A program made the position numbers and the translations under genes. Below are positions 19,563 through 34,270 of a DNA stretch of 64,000 nt, piece by piece; position 1 is the first letter of the stretch; every line of letters starts with the position of its first letter. The DNA comes from the human T2T-CHM13v2.0 reference genome, Homo sapiens. The notes below the pieces were generated by a model. That model was given only the letters and a program-made list of their open reading frames with translations. It had not been told where the DNA came from and ran no database searches. The stretch is taken from assembly GCF_009914755.1 (NCBI RefSeq), contig NC_060942.1; one strand, given 5' to 3'.

Positions 19563-20789
19563 TGATTATCTTCTTGTTATCTCAGCTTCAAAAGGTCTCT
19601 TAAAAAAGGAATGAACTCCAACTTTGGGGACATTGATTCTTACTATATGTTCACATGCAAAACACAACAGGGAAACATTAGTGAATACATAGTCTTCAAC
19701 AATGCCATGTAAATAATGCCAGACCATGAATGACATAGCATTGATTATGCAATAATCATGGTCCTCAAAACAAGTTACTTGTTTTCAAGATCATCTGAAA
19801 TAAGATATTTTCTATTTATTTTATTTTGAATAACTGACCTTAACCATTTCGTTCACAAGAATTAGTGTAATTTATAATAGTAATCATGAACTATAACTAT
19901 ATAATATAGCTTCTCTTGCTTTTTTATGAGGCTTTTGAAAAACATCTATATGTATTTTTTTACTTGCTTATGATATTATCATTACCTTTTCTTGGTATAA
20001 AAGACAACTTACTTTATTTGCTTAGCTGATAGTTGTCCTGAAACATTTATCAGTAGGATATTAGGATTCATATAAGATTTATATATTAATAAATTAAATA
20101 TAAGCATAATCCTCAAAATTAGCAAATGAGAAATTGCTCTGGAAATAAAAACATCATGACTAAATTTTTAAAATAAAATTTAAAATGAATGGGTAATGAA
20201 GTGACAGAATAAAACATTAAATAATAAAGCAGAAATATATAGAATTAGAGTTAGAAATTTAAAAGGTAAGAATTCATAAAAATGAGAGGTCCTTGGAAAA
20301 GAAGTAAGATATGATAAGTATTCTTAAATCTAAGTAATCAAAACTAGTGTCAATTAAAGGTAGATGTAAAGATAAACTCGTATGTATTGAAAATGTGACA
20401 GCACAAGATAATTGCCTATTATATCTAACAATGAAATTCTCTTACTCCTTAACTGATACATCTGAAATTATTCCAGTAAAAATTGAGAGTAAAAACTCTA
20501 TATTCCTTTCTTTTCCCTTCCGTTTTTAAATCTCTCTTTCCATGTCTTCCTCACTTTAACTCTTTTCCTAGTTCTTGTATTACTTTCTCATGTCATCCTT
20601 CCTCTTTCTTGAACTCCTCCATCTCATTCTCTTTCTCCTTTGTCTTCCTCTTTTTCTCTTTTTGAATACCTCACTATCATTAATGATTTTTCTATAGCCA
20701 CAAATTTGGTTTTACTAAAATAATTATGGTAGCATTAAACAATCAACAGTTGATATTTCCATAATAATGTTAATCTCTGCCATGTGACT

Positions 20790-22030
20790 GCATATTAATT
20801 CAAAGAATGTTTATAGAAGTCTTACTAAGCATCAGGCACCATGCTGAGCTTTGATACAATAATAACTAAGAAACACTTGGTTCTTTTCTCATGGAGCTTG
20901 GAGAATAGCAAAGAAAGACAGACATTTTAGGTGAAGTATAGGAAGTTGCCATTGTTGTAGTTAAAACCTGATTGGGTACTTGAAAACTACAGTTCAACTT
21001 AGGATGGGTGGATGGATGGATGGATGGATGGTGGTTGGTTGGTTGGATGGTTGGATGGTTGGAAGGTTGGAAGGTTGGATAGATGGATGGATGGATAGAC
21101 CATCAGGCAAACAGACAGACTTGCATTTAAATTGAGACCTGAAGGATGAATAAGAATTAGGTATGCAAAAATACATTGGCGATTGAGGGGAAGGAATAGT
21201 GAGTAAGGTAAATGTGGTTTTTAAAGTCAAGACAATGATGCTGTTTGGGGACTGAAAAAGGCCATCAAGAATGAAACACAGAGTTGGCATATGATGAAGT
21301 TTGTAAGATAAGCAGGTTCCAAATCTGACAAGACAAGTTAAGAATTTTAAACATTGTCTAAGGATGTCTAAGTCAATAACTTACTTTGTTTTAAGCAAGT
21401 CCTCAAAGGTTGATTTAAAAAAATAGTGAATTAATTAGAATTGCATTTTGTAGAGATTACTCTGGCTGAAGCATGCACACACAAAAAAGTATTCTAAGTA
21501 GGCAAACCCAGGCAATGACTTTAAGACAACCCTAGAGGTAATATAGGAGTTTAAAAAAAGTAACTTGAGGCTTAGAGATATTATTTAACTTGTCTTAGGT
21601 TATATAATTGAAAAGTTGTGGAGCTAGAAAAAGTCACATTTCACAGAGTTCATACCCATCACTAATAGCTTAGAAAACTTTCATTCATGTGTTTATTCAA
21701 CTTACATTTCTTATTAAAGGTCTATATATGCAAGATATTACCTTAGGTACTAGAGATAAAACAATAAATAAAGTCTATACACCCAAGGAGTATAAGTTGT
21801 ATTCAGATGGAGGTAGATAGTGATAGGTGCTCTGAAGAAGCATGGTAGAGGGGATAGCAAGGATTAGAAACTACTGCTTTATATAAGGAACTGAGAAAAT
21901 CTTTCTGTTTAGATGAAACATGAACCCAGACTTTAAGGAAGTGAAGGGGAAGCCATGCGAATAGGTCAGACTAGAGCCCTTCAAGTAGAAGAAAAATCAA
22001 GAACAGTCATCCTGAATAGAGCCTAATTGG
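20790..22030 (-). mobile_element. L2 and MIR remnants
   Basis: L2 3'-end-like motifs ('attcaaagaatgtttat...cttactaagcatcaggcaccatgctgagc', 'agattactctggctg'). Boundaries are approximate. Confidence 0.55.
21002..21097. repeat. (GGAT)n/(GGTT)n compound tetranucleotide repeat
   Basis: Read directly. Confidence 0.95.
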
Positions 22031-22327
22031 TGATTGAGATATATATGGCAAGAAGGATGCCAAAGTCATGAGGTTATAATTTGTCTTATGTAAAAAAATA
22101 GAAGAGTGGTCACAATAAACTATATAAATAGTTATTTTTTTCTATTTTAACTTATTTACCTAAGAATTAAGCTTCAAATTTTATAGATTTATGTTTTATC
22201 CTTTCATCTACCCTTATGAAGTATACATTATTAGCCTTATTTTATGGGAGACTAAGTTAAGCTATGAAAATTTAACTAACTTAATCAAGTAGTCAGCTAG
22301 CAACTGTGGAGCTCAAAATTAGGTTTT

Positions 22328-22714
<387 letters not shown>

Positions 22715-25639
22715 TCACGTTATTTACCCAAACCTAAGGGGTTATATCTCTTACTGGAAGGAGAGAAAATAAATGAAGCAGAGGTGCTGAAGGTCTTACA
22801 AAATATCCAGAATGAAACAGACGCTCTACTTGACTTATGTGCTCTTTTTCCTGACTCTGAATGAGTCACAACTTAAGTAGAACCAAAATATAAAGTCACC
22901 ACTTATTAGAAGACACAAAATTTTTCATTTAACTCCATGTTTTTCATATCAATGCAGTCTAACTGTAATCCAATTTATACATCTATTTCAATCAAGAATC
23001 TCTATGCCATGCTCATGAGAGTCTTAATAAATGCTTTTAATTGGATTTGTTTGAACTTTTCTATGCTCTTGGCTTAATAATGGCCCTCTTGTACATGCAA
23101 CATTCCTTCTTTTTCTTTGGGTATGGTTGTAATTATTACAAAATATGGTTTAAGAATTTACCGTGTGCTGAATCATGGGGAGTACAAACATGAAAACAGC
23201 AAGAACAGCTCTATTGAGAACCAGACAGATAATGGCTGCACTGATTAGAAAAGATTTCATAAAAACACGTAGAACTTGAACTACAAACTTCAGAGAAAGG
23301 GGGTTCTGACAGCTAGGATTGTAAGGAAGTGTGTGTAGGACAGCATAGAAGACATTTTTCAAGGAAATATTGCCTTGAGAAAATGATTTCTGCCACTATT
23401 AATTCAAAATGCATCCTCACTCATCCAACTGTTACTCCCTTACCAGTCAATTGTCAAAACATATTTCCACACAAATATCAACTTTTTTCTCATTCTCTTA
23501 TGTTTTCTTATGGATGAGAATTGCAAAGACAGTCTTATCCTTTCCTGTGATATACACATAAGCAATCTGAAAAAGATAAATAAAAAATTAATAGAAGAAA
23601 GACAGTAGAATTGATACTTCTTGCACAAAATGCTGTTACACGTTATGATTTGAGATTGTTCACATTTAGACATAATGAAAACTAAAAGCCATTTCAGAGC
23701 ATTTAACTGCATAAATATGTGGGATGTGTATGTTTTACTTGCTGTAAAAAATTGATAATACCAAAGGCCTTCTCAATTTATTGATCCATGATCACTTTCA
23801 ACTGTGATACTTCCTCAAAGTGATTTTGGTTTCCTTTCTTTCCTTCTGGTTTTCTTCTTTTGATTGCACCATTCATATATTAAAAAGTGTAACCCTTGAT
23901 GGAAATTAATATTTGAAGGAATGAACAAGATCAATAGTGGTCACTGGTAGGTACAAAAGAACATTCAACCTGCTAGTTTGCTCTATTTTTAAAAAGATTT
24001 CCTTAAATATTCATCTCATTTTAATGTATTTGTGTAAATGTTTAAATCATAAAATAAGGTATAAATGACTTGCACCAAAAGTTTCTTGGCTAATGTTGGA
24101 AAGCTTTGGGTCCTAAATTTTGAGTCCTAACACTCTGAAGTGAGAAATTTCCATATAGAATTGCTTTGATCTCCCAAAAATTAAGGATAAGGAGAAAAAG
24201 CAATCATTTTAAACCACATGAAATGGGAGGCATTCTTTGCTGTAGCTGAAGATATCTGTGTTGGAAGGTAACTGCATCATTAGGCCTCTCTGGATGCATT
24301 ATGTTGTATAACTTACCCCCCTGCTTCAGAGCCTGATGGTGATCGCCAAGAGAATGATCTACTCATTACTGCATAACTCTGAGCCCTGCAAGTCAGCTAA
24401 ACAGAAACAGTGCTATTTGCAGATTGTTAAAGGAAACCCCTGCCTCCTGTGACTTCTGTAGTTCCTCTTGCCTTCTCAACTTGGCTTAAGCATTGTGAAG
24501 ATAACTGTAGCTTGGAGAAATACCCCAAGTCCTCTTGGATTGCCCTTTTAATTAGATGTTTTGTTAAAGTAATTATAAAACCAAACCACATTGTTTGTTC
24601 AGCGTTCCCTGGAAAGCACGTTGCTATTACTGACAGCTGGGAAGTTTTAAAATATTTATTTTGTGCCTCAAAATTTCAGCTTAAAAAAAAAAGCAAACCA
24701 AGATCATTAGAATTCCCTAGGGTTTTCATGTAAATGTCTTGCATAAAGAAATGAGAGAATTTGTGATAGAGTGATAGAGTTCAACAAAGTATCCTTCAAG
24801 AAACTGAGCTTGGAAATCTGTTTATGATACTTTTGTTTTTGGAGTGAAGAGGTGAAAATTGCTATACGCTATCAATAATCATGTGATTTAAAATCGACTC
24901 TCTACCCTGAAGTGGAGGAGTTTAGCTATCAAAAGTCGGCAGTGCAGACTTAAGAAAGTGCAACAGTGATGCAGCAAAAAAATGTGAATCTAGGAGCTGG
25001 CCCTAATTTCTTGCCCCCAGGAAATAGGTAATCAGCCTTATTAACCCAAACTGGTAATAAATGGGTTCGCTGCAAATTCATTTCATTTAAGAATTGGGGT
25101 AAGGAGTGCGATTTACACCAGTGAGCAAAAGAATGTGTTCTTCTGGTGATTTCACTTGATGCTCATATGGGATTTGGTGTGCACAGAGGAGTGAAGGTGG
25201 CATGTCATAGAATAGATTTTCTTTCTTGTACTTTTGATAGGGACCATTTATGATATTCTGTGATTTATGATATGCTATGATTTATGATAATTGACAGATA
25301 GGCTTGGGGAATTTGATGGACCAGTGGTACAGTAGCTATTCCACTGTGAAATTTAAGACTCAGCCCCTTATTACCATTCAAGTGGATTTCATCTTACACA
25401 TAAGGAGCATAGCAGGCAAAGCAAAAACTGATTTTTAAAAGCAATATGGTATCTGTTTCAGTTCCGGTGCAAGTGGTTGTTCAGAATCTCAAAGTTCCAC
25501 TGTACAAAGGATGGCACAGGTTGCTTTGACTTAGATAAAAGTTCAGTGAAGTTGCAAGTATTTTACTTGGTTATAACAAACTTTAATGTGCCCATGGAAT
25601 GTCTGATCCTTCTATGAGTTGCTTGACTTTTTTCTAAGT

Positions 25640-25840
25640 ACCATGTAAAGGATCAGGTGGGTTTTGCAGTCTTAATGACTAGGTTTGGATCCAGCTCCAT
25701 TTACCCTATATTCTTGGGCAAATAACTTTCCCATGCCTTGGTTTTTCTCATGTGTAAAGAGGGCATAACAACAGTATCCATCACAGTGGGTTTTTGTGAG
25801 AATTAACTATGATAATGGCAACAAAGTGCTCAACAGTGTG
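25640..25840. mobile_element. MIR remnant
   Basis: 'cttgggcaaataactt...ccttggtttttctcatgtgtaaa' MIR core. Confidence 0.7.
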
Positions 25841-25892
25841 TTGTTCTTCTGATTTTTCTGGTTTTGATACATAAGAAGATCTCAGACTTTGA

Positions 25893-26243
<351 letters not shown>

Positions 26244-26559
26244 ATGACTGCAGTTCTTTCTGACAGTAATATGAAATACTCAGACCATTGGTTTTATGAA
26301 ACTTCTCCTTGTTCATGATGGTAAAGCTTTGTTGTCTACATTTAGGGAACAGATGTATCCATTTCTGTTACAAAAGGAGAGTGTACATTCAGTACATCTT
26401 AAAAGCCCATCATCTAATTAAGGTATAATTTAATGGGGCATCATATAATTATAGCAATAGATTGAAGAGGGCGTTTTGTGGAATTAGGCAGTTTTTTAAA
26501 AAAATATTATAGGAATATAAGCAAGCTTTCAAAATTGTATTGTTTTTGCAAAAAACTAA

Positions 26560-27400
26560 AACATTATGCCAAATGGTAAAATACTAAACACATTTGTTTT
26601 AAGATCCAAACAAGCTTAAAAACTTCTTACAATTTCTGTTATTAAAGAAGATAGAGGTTTTGGCAAGAAAAACTTTAAAAATTCATAACATTTTATTACA
26701 AAAGGAAAGAAATCTTATTATTATAAATGGTGTTATTGAATATTTGAATATTACAAGACACTGCACTAAAAACCTATTAGAGCTAATAAGAGAATTTAAT
26801 AAGGTTGTATGTTTCAAAAACATAGCTTTTCTTTATAGTAGCAATAATTAGTTTAAACATTGAAAAGAAAGGCATTTATAAAGCAACCTAAAATATAATA
26901 TCTAGGACTAAATTTAACAAGATGTAAACAAATGTATATCATAAAAAATACAACATTTTACTAAAAACTATAAAAGACATGAGTAAATAGCAAGTTACAT
27001 ATGTTCCTGGATGAAAAAACTGATCATTATTACATTAGTTATTTCCAAATCAATGAATAATTTTAGACAATTCTAATCAGAGTAAATTTTAAATGATTAA
27101 GGATTTTCTGGGGTGGAAAAAGAAATTTATATGGAAGAATAAATGTAAAAGAATCCCAAGAAATTTTGGAAAAGGATAATAAAAACGTTTACTATAAAGC
27201 CTGATTTAGAATCAGCATAGTACTATCTGGCATTGGAATGGACAGATAAATGTAACAGAACATAGAAACAGCCCCTATCTAGGTATATTTGAGAAATAAA
27301 TATAAAAATAAAGCTGGCTTCTCAAGCTGCAGATTAGTTACTAAATAGTGTGAAACTATTGCCAGTACTTTTAGCAGAACAGAAAATGTTTTTCTTCTCT
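26560..27400 (+). mobile_element. Old L1M ORF2 fragment
   Basis: Degenerate ORF2 (TKNLLELIREFNKV resembles L1 LLELI.EFSKV). A-rich. Confidence 0.75.
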
Positions 27401-27659
27401 TACATCAAACTAGTTGACAGTGGTTGATTCTGGTGATGGAACTGAAGGCAAAGGAGGGTAAAGTCATCACATCTTATATAATTCAAAACTGGAAAGGCCC
27501 CAGGTGGCTGTAAGGATTTTGTCATCATTTTTTCTTCAGGTATTTTTAAATATAACAAAGATGGGTGACTCAACCACAAGTCTTTTTATACAATTGGAGG
27601 TTTTGAGCTGATCTTTCAAAGTATCATTTCCCTTAAGATTGATTGTATTCTTCACTTTG

Positions 27660-28340
27660 TGACTAGTACCAATAATCACTTGTCATCCAAGCCAAAAGCC
27701 TCCCTATCACCCTCAACTCCATTTCACTCCCTGTCAATATCCATTCAATCACCAAGATCTGTAATTTCTACCTTCAGAATGGATTTGGAATCCATCCTCC
27801 CTTCTCCACACCCACCACCACACTTTATGTCAGGCTCACATCATTTGTCACCTGAAAGTAGCCTCAGGTTTGCTATTTTTCTGGATACCTGTTTGCTCTC
27901 CCTCCTCTCTAGACCCCATAGTGTTGTCAGAGTGATTTTTTCAGAACCAGATATGACGATGTCAGTTCGCTGCTCAGATTCTTCTCCATGTGGTCCTTCC
28001 CTCAGCCTCAAGTGTGACATCCCATCCTGCCTGCCTACCTGCACTGCCCTCCAGGTTCACTTCCTCAGCTGCATCCTGGATCAAGCCTTTGGACTTAGCA
28101 AGCTCTTTACCCAAGTGTATTTTCACATATATTTCACACCTGCTTGTCCTTTAAAACTCACTAGATGTTTTACTTCTAGGAAGCTTTCTCTTATCTGAGT
28201 TTCACTCAGATGTCTTTTCTCTAAACACATTTTGACACTCTTCTCAATAGACTTGAAACAAAGACCATGCTTTGTCTTGAACTTCTCGATATTTCACACA
28301 GTGCCTGCTACATAGTACTCAATAATAAGTGGATGGGTGA
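27660..28340 (+). mobile_element. L2 remnant
   Basis: CT-rich L2 body ending in 'cacagtgcctgctacatagtactcaataataagtggatgggtgaatg'. Confidence 0.7.
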
Positions 28341-30242
28341 ATGTAAAATATTCATAGCTGGGTATTTGTGTGAAATGTGTAACACTTACATAGTTTGATT
28401 CTTCACTGATTTTCATCCTTACATACGAACTCTAGTTTCAGATAAATGAGCTAGAAACATCCATTGCTCTCTGTTGTATTTTTTCATAAATGTAGAATGC
28501 ATCCTATTATGCTTATATACAATATGAAAATGAAAACCCTAGCTTTCTAGAAGACAGCTTGGCATAAGATTTTAGAGTTACAATGGTGTTTTTGTTTGTT
28601 TGTTCTGAGACAAACCAATAGGTCTGTAGTTTTGAGAGCATACGGTTTGAATCCACTTCAAGGAAAATGAGCCTAAAGAATTCATTTAGCATACCACTTG
28701 GCAAGGACTAAGATCTCTGCCTCCCCATACAGAATAAGGTTTACGGTTTGAATGGCCATGGAGATTATTCAGTGTAAGGTAGCTGATCAAATGCTTCATG
28801 GTAGAATGATACAAAGTTCTAGTGAGGTTTTGCAATAGTTGAAGCTGGTATCCTTAAACTCTAAAGTGAGAGAACAATCCCCAGATATTGAAGGGCTGGT
28901 GTCTGCAGCTGCTCCTTGAAAGCCACATCAAGAGTATTTGCTCTAACAGTCAGGATTAGGTTATCTCAGTATTTCAGGAAGTTGGCAGTGTTTAAATAAA
29001 ACCAAACTTCATTGTATTTTCTCTGTATTGTGTTGGACATGCCAACCTGCTACCCTAAATATGTATCTTAACTCCCTGGTGATTCTTGTCAAATCAAGAA
29101 CTTGATAGACAGAGACCACGCTTGTCTAATTTTTGGGCCAAAAAAGGGCTGAATCCTATCTGTAATCTGGAATTGGGATTCTGCAGCTTTGCTGAGCAAG
29201 AGAAAATCAAGGAAGGGAAGAATCTTGATGGTTTTGTTAGGATAAACCTTGGGCATGGCATTGAGGGTCTCTTCCCTAAAAAATACTTTACATTTTTCCC
29301 TCTTTTTCCTTTTGAGTTATAACCAATGTGAGGCAAAGGCAAGTGTACAAAGGTGCAGAGAGGATGTGGATTCTGGTGAATTATTTTAGCATCTACGTTT
29401 CTTTTCACTAGGAGTAAGCGTGTTGATATTGGGAATTGGAGGACATGGGAGAAGAAAGATTCTCCATCCTTAGATCTACCAGTTTAATTGGCTTAGATTT
29501 AGGAGACACATATTTTCAGAATTACAATTCATTGTTGTGGTTTTCAAGAAGTAGAGCTGTCAAAACTCCCTTTTAAGAGTGTTGGCTAGGTATTCATCGA
29601 CTCCTGTTAGACTTCTACATTCTTTTTCTATCTAGGCAAAAAAAGTAGCTAAAAATAAAGTAAAATATGAAATAATAAGATTAGGTTGACACAAAACTAT
29701 TAAGATAAATAGAAAACACATATTAAAAGTAAACAAAAAGACAAAATGCAGTTAAAAATTACAAAACAATGTTGAACTGTAAAAACTTGTGGTAGTAACA
29801 AAATTTGTAGAATAGCTAAGAGTACAAACTATATGTGAAATGCTACATGAGCAAAAATTTGTTAAATTGATGAGTATGACACATGCATAATAGGTCTCCA
29901 TAAAGTTTAGTCATTATTAGGAACAAGAATAAAACCTATATGGTTTGAAAATTTTTAATGATACAAATCAATAAGTAAATATTAGTAGGAATAACTGATT
30001 TTCCATTCATGGAGGGGAAAATATTAATGTTCATTATTAAAATTAATAATGAGAGATTGGGGGAGGGCTTGACTATAAAGGGGCAGCCTAAGGAAATTTT
30101 GGCAGTGATGGGATTTTTCTGTATTATGGCAGGAGTGGTGGATACCAAAATTTTACCCATTTATCAAAACCCATAGAGCTATGTACCACTAAGTAAATGT
30201 TGCTGCATATATATTTTTAAAATAAATTAAAAATGAATATTC

Positions 30243-30462
30243 CCAGCCTGGGCAACACAGGGAGACCCCATTTCTACAAAAATTTTCTTTTAAAAATTAG
30301 CCAAGTGTGGTGGTGCATGCCTGTGGTCCTAGCTACTCAGGAGGCTGAGGTGGGAAGATCACTTGAGTCCTAGAGGTCAGGGCTGTAGTGAGCTAGCATT
30401 GCGCTACTGCGCTCCAGCCTGGGTGACAGAGTGAGAACCTGTCTCAAAAAAAAAAAAAAAAG
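30243..30462 (+). mobile_element. AluJ, 5'-truncated
   Basis: ccagcctgggcaacacagggagacccc...A tail. Confidence 0.92.
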
Positions 30463-31756
30463 GAGAATATTGACAAAATATTAGAAATAGGATGGTAAAA
30501 GAATACAAAGTAGAGTTCAGTGGTGAATAGAAGTGGTTGTCCACTATGATAAATACACAAACAGCCTTTAAAGTTTATAGAGGTGAGCGGCCTAAGGGAA
30601 GTGATGTCCTTTGGTGAGAACAGGCCCTGTCTATAGAAATGAACACATTTGTAAGCATCAGACATGCCTGGAAAGGCAGAGTGTGGGTATATCAATTGCC
30701 TTATGTAGTTTGCTGTAAAGAAATATAGGCTATTGAGGACTAGAACAAAACTCTAACAAAATGATCCATAAAATGCAGCACGCTAAATGGAGGACAAATG
30801 TGTGAATATTTGTCAAAAGTTCCAACTGCCTGACACAACTTGACAGTGCCATCTATAGCAGGCAGTATGTGGTGGCGACTGCTTGCATTACCAAGATCTG
30901 GCACAGACAAATCTTGCTGTCCCCTAAGAGGAAAACAAAGTATCCAGTGTAGAGTAGATGGCTGGAGTGAGGTGAACGAAGGCAAAATGACAGGTGAAGA
31001 AGGTAGGAGATAAGTGGAGAGAGAGAGAGATCATTTATGGCCTTTTAGGCCATTGTAAAGAACATGGCCTACAATGTGGTTTGAGAACACCTTGGGGGGT
31101 TTTGAGCAGAGCAATAACATGATCTTAATTGCAGTTTTCTATATACATGCTCACACTATATCTGTATTCATACACATTTATTTTAAATACCACATATATG
31201 CTGATGGCTTCCACATCTGTGTATATCTAGCCATGACCTTTCACCAAAATCCCAGACTTACATACCCAACTACTTCCTTGAGATAGCCACAGGTTTGACT
31301 AATAGGCATCTCACATTGAACATGACCCAAGGAAATCTCACCTGTGTTTCCTCATTTCAGTTCATCAACCAACAGTTACCAAGTCAAAGACCTATGGGTT
31401 ATGATTAAATCTCCCTTTTCCTGCACCACTCACATCTACTCTATAGCTCTGTTAACTACACATTACAAATGTCCTAAATCTATCCACTTTATATCATCTT
31501 CACAACAGCCATCTAGACAAGAGCAAAAGCAATTTTATGGTCTCCATGTTTCATTCTATGCTTCCTCTCCAAACTTCTTTTTCACCCAGAAAAATAGAGT
31601 GATCTTTCAGTAATATCAATGAGACCACACTTCACACCTCCATTCCTGCCAGTCAAGACCATTTAAGATCTTCTCCTTCTACTTAGAATAAAACCTAACT
31701 TCTTACTTATCTTGACTTGCCTTGCCTATAGTAACCTGGTCTGTAAGTGACTCACT

Positions 31757-32430
31757 CTTTTTTTTCTGTTTTTGTAATTGTTTACAATTATGGAAAAATA
31801 GACAAAACCTTAAATTTACCATCCTAACAATCTTTAAGTATACAGTTCAGTGGCATTAAGCACATTCATGTTGTCATGCAGCCATCACCACCACCCATCT
31901 CCAGAACTCTTTTCATCTTGCAAAAGTGAAGTGCTGTACCCATTAAATAATAACTGCCAACCTCCCCAACCCCCAGCCTCTGGCAACCACCATTCTCTTT
32001 TCTGTCTCCATGAATTTAACTTCCCTGGGTACCTCATAAAAGGAGATTTACACAGTTTTTGTGATTTTGTGATTGGCCTATTTCATTTACCATATCATTG
32101 CCAAGGCTCCTGCATCTTGTAGCGTGTCTCAAAAATTCAATTGTTTCCTTTTTAGAGGCCAAATACTATTCCATTATGTGTATATACCACATTTTAAAAA
32201 TGCATTTATACATTGGTGGAAACTTTGATTTCTTCCACCTTTTGGCTATTGTAAATGATGCTGCTATCAACATGGATGTACAAATATTTGTTTGAGTCCC
32301 TGCTTTCAATTCTTTTTGCATTTATACTTAGATGAGGAATTGCAGGATCATATGTTAATTCTATTTTAAATTTCTTGAGGGACCCTTATATGGTTTCTTT
32401 ATAGCAGGTATACTATTGTACATTCCTACT
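31757..32430 (-). mobile_element. L1M (MA/MB-type) 3' fragment nested in an L2 (about 31190-32810)
   Basis: 'taaatttaccatcctaacaatctttaagtatacagttcagtggcattaagcacattca' is an antisense L1MB-like 3' end. The flanks tgactcactctttt and tgactctctttt resemble a decayed TSD. Confidence 0.8.
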
Positions 32431-33090
32431 GGCTGACTCTCTTTTTATCTTTTTCATTCTCTCTCTTACCCTTGATGTTCCAGATGTGATGATCCTCTTT
32501 GGTTTCTCTGAATACCAAACTCATCCCTGCAGTACAGCATTTTCAGTAGTTGTTTCCTCTCCCTACAGAGCTCACCACTCTGATGTTTGCTTGACTGGCC
32601 CTTTCAGGTCATCCACCTTAGACTCAAATGGGGAGAATTTCCTGGATGGGTCAGTTATTGTCCCATCAGCATAGCACTTATCAAGATCTCACGATTGTCT
32701 TATTTGTTTATTAGGACTTATGTTTTGTCTTTCCTCTCCCACCACTATATTTTTAGTACCTAGAACTACAACTAGTATATAGGAGATGCATAGTAGTTGT
32801 TGAAATGTCACAGGGATTAATATAATACATGACCGAGTATGCTGCATGTGAACATTACACATTAGTGGAAACCTGTGTAACATGTCTGCATTCATGTTAC
32901 AGAGAATAACACGTCTACATATATTACATATGTTACAAAGAATAACATGCCTACATACATGTTACAGAAAATAACATGTTCTTTAGAACCAAACTATACC
33001 AAGAGAGAATCCATAATTCAATAATATAATCAAGAGTGGCAATTGACCTAGTTATTTGATCATTCAGACTCTAGTAAAAATTTGGGGCCT

Positions 33091-33448
33091 TGTATTAGTC
33101 TGTTTTCATGCTGCTGATAAAGACATACCCGAGACAGGGCAATTTACAGAAGCAAGAGGTTTAATGGACTCACAGCTCCACATAGCTGGGGAGGTCTCAC
33201 AATCACGGCAGAAGGTGAAAGGCACATCTCACATGGCGGCAGACAAGAGAAGAGAACTTGTGCAGGGAAAGTCCCCTTTATAAAACCATCAGATCTCAAG
33301 AGACTTACTCATTATCACGATAATAGCACAGGAAAGACCGCCCCTGTGAGTTAATTACCTCCCAACGGGTACCTCCCACAACACGTAGGAATTGTGACAC
33401 CTACAATTCAAGATGAGATTTGGGTGGGAACACAACCAAACCATATCA
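33091..33448 (-). mobile_element. THE1 solo LTR
   Basis: TGTATTAGTCTGTTTTCATGCTGCTGATAAAGAC...AAACCATATCA. 5-bp TSD ggcct/ggctt. Confidence 0.94.
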
Positions 33449-33946
33449 GGCTTCATTAATTTAAATATTTCAGGCAAAATGTGCTCTTTGGTTTCAAATT
33501 AACTCAATAACTACTCTACTATTCCTCTGTGCTTCATATGTGCAAGCAGCATCTTAGAGATACTTGTAAAATGTTTCATGTACTTCTGAGCAGCAAATTT
33601 CAGTTGCAGACTCCAAGCAAGTAATAGTCATATTATATATCTTCCACAGCAAATTTTCTAAATTGATGTTTTATAGTTCATTCCAGTAGTAACCACTTTC
33701 CTAATCCATAAGGTCATCTATGTTAGAGAAAAATCACTCAGGTAGCATAAAAGGAAAATTGTTATTTCTGCCTTTGTATTAAGAAGTGAGTGGGCATAAA
33801 TTGGCTATCATGGATTATGAACAATCTCCTGGCATAGTTATCATGATGATGAGGCCATATATTATGAATGGCTTAGGTCTAATACTACCTTGAAGGAACT
33901 GTCCTTTTGGTCCTGTGAGCTTAATTTGGTGATAAAGGGTCATTAA

Positions 33947-34270
33947 GGCTGGGCATGTAGACTCACATCGATAATTCCAACACTTTAGGAGGCCAAGGCA
34001 GGTGGACTGCTTGAGTCCAGGAGTTCAAGACCAGCCTGAACAACATAGCAAAACTCTGTCTCTACAAAAACATAAAAATAAAATAAGTAGATAGATAAAT
34101 ACATTAGCTGGGCGTGGTGGCACATGCCTGTAGTCCCAGCTACTAGGGAGGTTGAGGTGGGAGGTTGGCTTGAGTCAGAGGGTTAGAGGCTGCAATGAGC
34201 TTTGATCTCACCACTGCAATCCAGCCTGGGAGATAGAACAAGATCTTGTCTCTCTCTCTCAAACACACAA
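33947..34270 (+). mobile_element. AluJ
   Basis: Diverged full-length Alu with an expanded middle A-rich linker. Confidence 0.92.

Noticed and set aside
27659-28198. 179-aa Ser/Pro/Leu-rich ORF
   Set aside because: It lies in a CT-rich L2 remnant, starts at GTG and has no recognisable domain.
32878-32981. CRISPR-like repeat-spacer pattern (also considered for 48665-48977)
   Set aside because: These are head-to-tail degenerate repeats without unique spacers, in a primate intron with no cas genes.
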